Shown here: positions 59,031 to 64,000 of the stretch, piece after piece
Layout: every line of letters begins with the position of its first letter
Numbering within the stretch: position 1 is the stretch's first letter
NCBI GenBank assembly: GCA_014382365.1
Contig: JACNJW010000035.1
Coordinates: 1,165-65,164, forward strand
Length of the DNA: 64,000 nt
Direction of reading: 5' to 3'
DNA from: SAR324 cluster bacterium
Lineage (GTDB): Bacteria; SAR324; NAC60-12
Program-made: the position numbers and the translations under genes
Notes under the pieces: generated by a model
Databases searched by the model: none
Seen by the model: only the letters and a program-made list of their open reading frames with translations
Told to the model about the DNA's origin: nothing

Positions 59031-60860
59031 ATGGAAAATACCACAACAAATAATCGTATCCGAAACATTGCCATCATTGCACATGTTGATCATGGAAAAA
59101 CCACACTCGTTGATCACATGTTCCGTCAGAGTGGACTCTTTCGTGATAATCAGTCTGTAGATGAACGTATCATGGACAGTATGGATTTGGAACGTGAAAG
59201 AGGAATCACAATTGCGGCAAAAAACTGTTCTGTCACCTGGAATGACACAAAAATAAATATTCTTGATACTCCCGGACACGCAGATTTTGGCGGAGAAGTT
59301 GAGCGTGCCCTGATGATGGTAGATGGTGCAATCCTGCTGGTTGATGCTTCAGAAGGTCCTTTACCGCAAACTCGATTTGTCCTGAAAAAAGCCCTTGAGG
59401 GTCAGAAAAAAGTGGTGGTGGTAATCAATAAAATTGATCGACAGGATGCACGTGTCACAGAAGTCTTAAATGAAATATATGACCTGTTCATTGACCTGGA
59501 TGCAACTGAGGAGCAACTTGAATTTCCAGTCTTGTATGCAATCGGTAAGGATGGCATTGCCAAACATGATATGGAGGATGATTCTGATAGTCTATTTCCT
59601 TTATTTGAGATAATTGTTAAAGAACTGCCTGCACCAAAACATACTCCCTCAGAACCATTTCAGATGCTGGTTGCAGATTTGGATTACTCTGACTATCTGG
59701 GTCAGCTGGCAATTGGCCGTGTTGCAAATGGTACTGCTGCAAAAAACGAACAGCTGGTTTGTATTGGTGAAGGAGACAGGGAAATTGCCCTGCGGGCCAG
59801 TAAAGTTCAGGTTTATGAAGGCTTTACCATGCAAGAAGTAGATCAGATTGAACCGGGTGAAATAATGATTCTGGCTGGAATCGAAAATGTCCGGATCGGT
59901 GATACAATTTGTACCAAAGAACAGCCCAAAGCACTCAAAAGAATTACCGTTGATGAGCCGACCATCTCCATGTATTTCTACACCAACACCTCACCCTTTG
60001 CAGGTCAGGAAGGAAAACTGGTTCAGTCAAATAAAATTAAAGAGCGGCTTTACAAAGAATCTCTTTCAAATGTTTCGCTGCAGTTTGAAGAAACAAAAGA
60101 TGCCGAACGCTTTCTGGTCAAAGGTCGGGGTGAGCTGCAGATGGCAATTCTGATTGAAACTATGCGGCGCGAAGGTTTTGAACTCGCAGTTGGTCGGCCT
60201 GAAGTTATTTATAAAGAAGAAAAGGGAGAACGCTTGGAACCAATTGAGCATGTTTATGTGGATTGCGAAGAAGGATTTTTAGGTATAGTATCCGAAAAAC
60301 TATCACTGAGAAAAGGTCGGATGATCAATCTGGTAAATCACGGCACAGGCCGGGTTCAGGTTCAGTTTAACATTCCATCCCGAGGACTAATCGGCTACCG
60401 CAACGAGTTTTTAACTGATACACGGGGCACCGGAATTTTAAATTCATATCTTTCAGGATATGAACCATTTAGAGGTGATTTTCCTATCCGTTTTACCGGC
60501 TCAATTGTAGCAGACCGCCAGGGTAAGGGTGTCCCGTATGCACTTTTCAATTTGGAACCGCGTGGAGTTTTGTTTATCACTGCAGGTGAACGTGTCTATG
60601 AAGGCATGATCATTGGTGAACATAACCGTGACTCCGACCTCAACGTAAATCCCTGTAAAGAAAAGAAACTCACGAATCACCGTGCTTCCGGAAAAGATGA
60701 AAACACTGTGCTGACACCAATTATTCCCATGACTTTAGAAAGAGCAATTGAATTCATCCGTGAAGGTGAGATTGTTGAAGTCACTCCGGATAATATTCGT
60801 TTACGCAAAGTCTTGCTCTCCGCAACCGGACGTCATACTGCGCGGCCGCCAAAATCATGA
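59031..60860 (+). CDS. typA: Translational GTPase TypA/BipA
   Basis: AHVDHGKTT G1, DTPGHADF G3, NKIDR G4. 609-aa length typical of BipA. Confidence 0.9.
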   Translation: MENTTTNNRIRNIAIIAHVDHGKTTLVDHMFRQSGLFRDNQSVDERIMDSMDLERERGITIAAKNCSVTWNDTKINILDTPGHADFGGEVERALMMVDGAILLVDASEGPLPQTRFVLKKALEGQKKVVVVINKIDRQDARVTEVLNEIYDLFIDLDATEEQLEFPVLYAIGKDGIAKHDMEDDSDSLFPLFEIIVKELPAPKHTPSEPFQMLVADLDYSDYLGQLAIGRVANGTAAKNEQLVCIGEGDREIALRASKVQVYEGFTMQEVDQIEPGEIMILAGIENVRIGDTICTKEQPKALKRITVDEPTISMYFYTNTSPFAGQEGKLVQSNKIKERLYKESLSNVSLQFEETKDAERFLVKGRGELQMAILIETMRREGFELAVGRPEVIYKEEKGERLEPIEHVYVDCEEGFLGIVSEKLSLRKGRMINLVNHGTGRVQVQFNIPSRGLIGYRNEFLTDTRGTGILNSYLSGYEPFRGDFPIRFTGSIVADRQGKGVPYALFNLEPRGVLFITAGERVYEGMIIGEHNRDSDLNVNPCKEKKLTNHRASGKDENTVLTPIIPMTLERAIEFIREGEIVEVTPDNIRLRKVLLSATGRHTARPPKS

Positions 60861-60902
60861 TTTCAACAAAGTGTGGTAATTGACTGAAAAGGAACAGAAA
60901 CC

Positions 60903-61595
60903 ATGTTCAGCTACAAATCCTTTAGTGAAGGTCTGAAATCCAGCCTGCCGATTGTGGCAGGGTATCTTCCAGTCAGTTTTGCCTTTGGAGTGGCAGCAGA
61001 AGGAGCAGAATTGGGAACGTTGCCTGCGGTTTTTACTTCACTCTTCATTTATGCCGGAGCCAGCCAGTTTGCACTGGTTGGCCTGCTCAAAGACGGTGTC
61101 CCCATTCTGAGTGCTGCATTAATTACACTTGGCCTGAACATTCGACACTCCCTCTATGGCCCAGCTTTATCCCGGGATACTGAAAATTTTTCATTGAGAG
61201 AACGTCTGCTTTCTGCCTTCGGTCTAACTGATGAGGTATTTGCAGTCGCATTTTCCCGTATCGGAAAAAGACCTGCAGCAACCAGATTCTGGTGGCTCAT
61301 GGGTTTGGAGTTTGCTGCATATACCAGTTGGGTTGGCGGTACCTTAGCCGGAAGCATCAGCGGAGTGCTGCTGCTCAGTCATTATTCTTTTTTAAGACCG
61401 GCACTTGCATTTGCACTGCCGGCTCTTTTTCTCAGTTTGCTGCTTTCCATGCTCAAACCCAGCAATCGTTCGGCAGTTTTAATTTCTCTGATTCTGGCAG
61501 CAGTTTTCCATTGGAGCGGACACACAGAAACTGGAATCATTGCTGCGGCACTGCTGGGACCAGGACTTGGAATTATCGGCAGGAGATGCCAGTGA
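60903..61595 (+). CDS. azlC: AzlC-family branched-chain amino acid exporter component
   Basis: 230-aa membrane protein with AzlC motifs (GASQFA). Confidence 0.7.
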   Translation: MFSYKSFSEGLKSSLPIVAGYLPVSFAFGVAAEGAELGTLPAVFTSLFIYAGASQFALVGLLKDGVPILSAALITLGLNIRHSLYGPALSRDTENFSLRERLLSAFGLTDEVFAVAFSRIGKRPAATRFWWLMGLEFAAYTSWVGGTLAGSISGVLLLSHYSFLRPALAFALPALFLSLLLSMLKPSNRSAVLISLILAAVFHWSGHTETGIIAAALLGPGLGIIGRRCQ

Positions 61596-61921
61596 AAACA
61601 GATTTTATCTTTGCTGTGCTGCTGATTGCAGTTGGAACATATCTAATTCGTGCAGTTCCGTTTGTACTTAGTTCCAGAAGTGCAACAGAAAAGAAAAACC
61701 GGACTCAAATCCAGCTTTTTTTTCAACTGATGGGGCCTTCAATTATTGCTGCTTTACTGGTGGTTTCGCTGGAATCTCCTCTGGAACCAGGGGCTTCCTC
61801 CCAACTGGTTAATGCAGCTTTTGGTTTTGCAGGAGTAACAGTAAGTCGGTGGCTTTGGAATAATTCTGGAATTAGTGTACTTGCAGGCATTGTCTGTTTT
61901 ACTGCGGCGCTGCTGGTTTAA
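61586..61921 (+). CDS. azlD: AzlD-family small membrane protein
   Basis: 111 aa from the internal ATG (MPVKTDFIFAVLLIAVGTYLIRAVPF). 10-bp overlap with azlC. Confidence 0.55.
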   Translation: MPVKTDFIFAVLLIAVGTYLIRAVPFVLSSRSATEKKNRTQIQLFFQLMGPSIIAALLVVSLESPLEPGASSQLVNAAFGFAGVTVSRWLWNNSGISVLAGIVCFTAALLV

Positions 61922-61935
61922 AAGCCACAAAAATT

Positions 61936-62856
61936 TTATTCAGCAGTTTCCGGTATATCAAAACTCAAACGGCCCAGTCTGCCTGCCCTGAAATCACGAA
62001 GCAGCAGACTTTCCGCACGTGGGTGATCAATTTCTCCTCCGCCTTTCAGGCAACCTCGTTTTTTGGCAATTTTTTCCAGCAAATCTCCAGGAAGCAAACC
62101 CAGATCTTCCCGAGCCAACTGATAGTGCTGCAGAAGCTGCTCCGGTGCTTTTTGCAGTAAAATTTCCAACAAATAGTCACTCAACATCGAAGTTCCAACA
62201 ACAGAATCTTTGATGGCACCAGTAATCGTCAACCGTAAACCAGCTTCGCGATTTTCTATTTTTGGCCACAGAATTCCGGGAGTATCCAGCAGTTCAACAT
62301 CTTTGCCCAATTTGATCCAGTCCTGATGTTTTGTCACTCCGGGATTAGGCCCTGTTTCGGCTGCTTTACGCTTTGAAAGTCTGTTTATTAAACTGGATTT
62401 GCCAACATTTGGAATACCTGTAATCAACAGTTTGAGTGATGGAGGACGTATTCCACGCCTATTAAAATTGGCCCATTTTTCCTGCATTAATTTGCGTGAT
62501 AGTGGTAGTATATTTTGCAGTTCCCGTTTGTTCATTGCATCCACAAAAAGGAATGGTGTCGTTTTTTTTTGAAAGTAGGCAACCCATTTTCTGGTTATTT
62601 CTACATCTGCCAAACCGGTTTTATTGAAAAGCAGGATCCTCTTTTTTTGCTGCAGCATTTCCTCAAAATCCAGATTTACCGAAGAAAGCGGAATTCTTGC
62701 GTCCCTCATTTCCAAAACAACATCAACACGTTTGAGCTGTTTCGCCAAGGCTTTTTTGGCTTTCAGCATATGACCTGGATACCAATTTATATCCGGTGTA
62801 TCCCAGCTTTTACCCAATAGTTCCGGTGCTTCTATGACTCCGTATTTGATCCGCAT
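61936..62856 (-). CDS. rbgA: Ribosome biogenesis GTPase A (YlqF/RbgA)
   Basis: Circularly permuted GTPase. INWYPGHMLKA signature and GIPNVGKSS P-loop. Confidence 0.75.
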   Translation of the reverse strand: MRIKYGVIEAPELLGKSWDTPDINWYPGHMLKAKKALAKQLKRVDVVLEMRDARIPLSSVNLDFEEMLQQKKRILLFNKTGLADVEITRKWVAYFQKKTTPFLFVDAMNKRELQNILPLSRKLMQEKWANFNRRGIRPPSLKLLITGIPNVGKSSLINRLSKRKAAETGPNPGVTKHQDWIKLGKDVELLDTPGILWPKIENREAGLRLTITGAIKDSVVGTSMLSDYLLEILLQKAPEQLLQHYQLAREDLGLLPGDLLEKIAKKRGCLKGGGEIDHPRAESLLLRDFRAGRLGRLSFDIPETAE

Positions 62857-62862
62857 TTTGCT

Positions 62863-63750
62863 TTACCAGTAGTATGTTGTGCTGATTACCTGCTCATCCG
62901 GTTCTGCTTCAGCCTTTTCTTCAACTTCCTGATCCTGCAGTCGTCTCTCAGTAGCGAGCATACTGCCCTGTTCAATGATGTCACGAATAACATCTTTTCC
63001 GGCTACCCGGCCTTCATCATCTGTGTAGCCCAAATCTTCAACAGAGAGCTGCTCCTGAACAATCTGCTCCATTTCATCAAAGAGCGTTCCCATGCTTAAA
63101 TCGAATTTCCAGTCAGGATTTTCATAAAAACTCTCTGCACTCAGCAGAGCCAGGAAAACAACTCTGTAGGGATCAATGCCCTTTTGTTCTGCAACCGCAA
63201 CCCGCAAATCAGACCACCTGTCACCTTCCAGCAAATCTGTTTTTGGATCACCAAATGTACCTTCAGCTAAATCAACATAGGCATAGACATCAAAATGTAC
63301 TACATATGCTTCAAGTTGATCTACTAAGTGCTGATAAACCTCAAGACCTTTTGCAGATACCTGATAATAGTTGTCGCTGCCGACTGTCAGAGTACCCCGC
63401 TGCTCCATAAAGTTCAGCAGGGCCTCTAGTCCCTGGTCGTCTTCCTCAAAAAGAGCCAGATTCAAACGACAGCTTTCATTTTCCTTCAGCTCTTTTTCAA
63501 CTTGTGTCAAAGCTTCTTTTGCTTCAGACAGTTCATCTTTTTCAAAGCCCAGTTGTTGTTCCTGTTCTTCGGAATGAAAAAAACCTTTTTTCAGTTCAGC
63601 AACTTCCTTTTCAAGTAGACTCACGGATTCAAGCAAATCTTCTTTTTCGTGCAGCAGCAGATCAAAACGCATCAACTGATCCAGGAGCAGTAATGCCCCA
63701 AATTCCTGTTTTGATTCCGGACTCAAAAGACTTAAAGCAGTAGATTTCAT
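62863..63750 (-). CDS. Acidic hypothetical protein upstream of rbgA
   Basis: 295-aa ORF, Glu/Asp/Leu-rich, with coiled-coil-like segments. No family recognised. Confidence 0.35.
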   Translation of the reverse strand: MKSTALSLLSPESKQEFGALLLLDQLMRFDLLLHEKEDLLESVSLLEKEVAELKKGFFHSEEQEQQLGFEKDELSEAKEALTQVEKELKENESCRLNLALFEEDDQGLEALLNFMEQRGTLTVGSDNYYQVSAKGLEVYQHLVDQLEAYVVHFDVYAYVDLAEGTFGDPKTDLLEGDRWSDLRVAVAEQKGIDPYRVVFLALLSAESFYENPDWKFDLSMGTLFDEMEQIVQEQLSVEDLGYTDDEGRVAGKDVIRDIIEQGSMLATERRLQDQEVEEKAEAEPDEQVISTTYYW

Positions 63751-64000
63751 GAAAAACTTATATTACAAAAAACTATTAATTTGTTCTTCTCAACAATAAT
63801 GAGATTGATCTATCAAAAAAAACCTGTTAGAAACTAACCTATAAGTTAGAATAACTTACACTTTATCACATTCAGAAATTATTCGCATCAGCTTCAATGG
63901 ATGTGCTTCACTTAACAATTTAATATTTGAGCTGCTTAACACAGCACAAAAAACAGTAAGTAAAAAAGGGGTTATTGTGCAGGATAACGACAACAGGCAA

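Overview
This 64-kb window is a chromosomal segment of a Gram-negative, proteobacteria-like bacterium. No tool was run: calls rest on reading the supplied six-frame ORF track and the raw sequence, so family names are motif-level recognitions, not database hits. The segment is gene-dense and mostly on the + strand. It uses Shine-Dalgarno sites and some TTG/GTG starts. Composition is visibly heterogeneous.

The housekeeping backbone is folK, rsmD, uppS-cdsA-dxr-rseP, argJ, hemH, msrB, gatB, ccmCDE, pyrG, gcvP, rnr, typA, azlCD and rbgA. Accessory blocks sit among these genes:
- An oadGAB Na+-pumping oxaloacetate decarboxylase operon whose beta subunit carries an unusual N-terminal extension.
- A glnK-amtB nitrogen module set divergently from the next block.
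- A four-gene block whose order and families match the bhcABCD beta-hydroxyaspartate cycle, followed by malate synthase, behind a 550-bp AT-rich leader.
- A glycerol cluster (glpR, glpA-like, FAD oxidoreductase, glpK).
- An orphan TolC plus adaptor pair, and an orphan GspF with a membrane protein.
- An NT5C-type HAD nucleotidase next to a nucleoside 2-deoxyribosyltransferase-like gene.
- A RecB-like PD-(D/E)XK nuclease followed by a Nudix plus metallo-beta-lactamase-fold fusion.

The most unusual locus is 18.9-24.3 kb. A strongly signalled gene there encodes a 332-aa acidic, Gly/Asp/Met/Cys-rich protein with 14 tandem GD(M/V)xG(C/V)x heptads. It is followed by a hairpin palindrome and a low-GC two-gene exporter. 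The exporter is a C39-like-domain ABC transporter plus an HlyD-type membrane fusion protein with an N-terminal cyclic-nucleotide-binding domain. I read this as a candidate undescribed, cyclic-nucleotide-gated secretion system for a repetitive, probably metal-binding cargo.

No rRNA, tRNA, CRISPR array, IS element or integrase was recognised.
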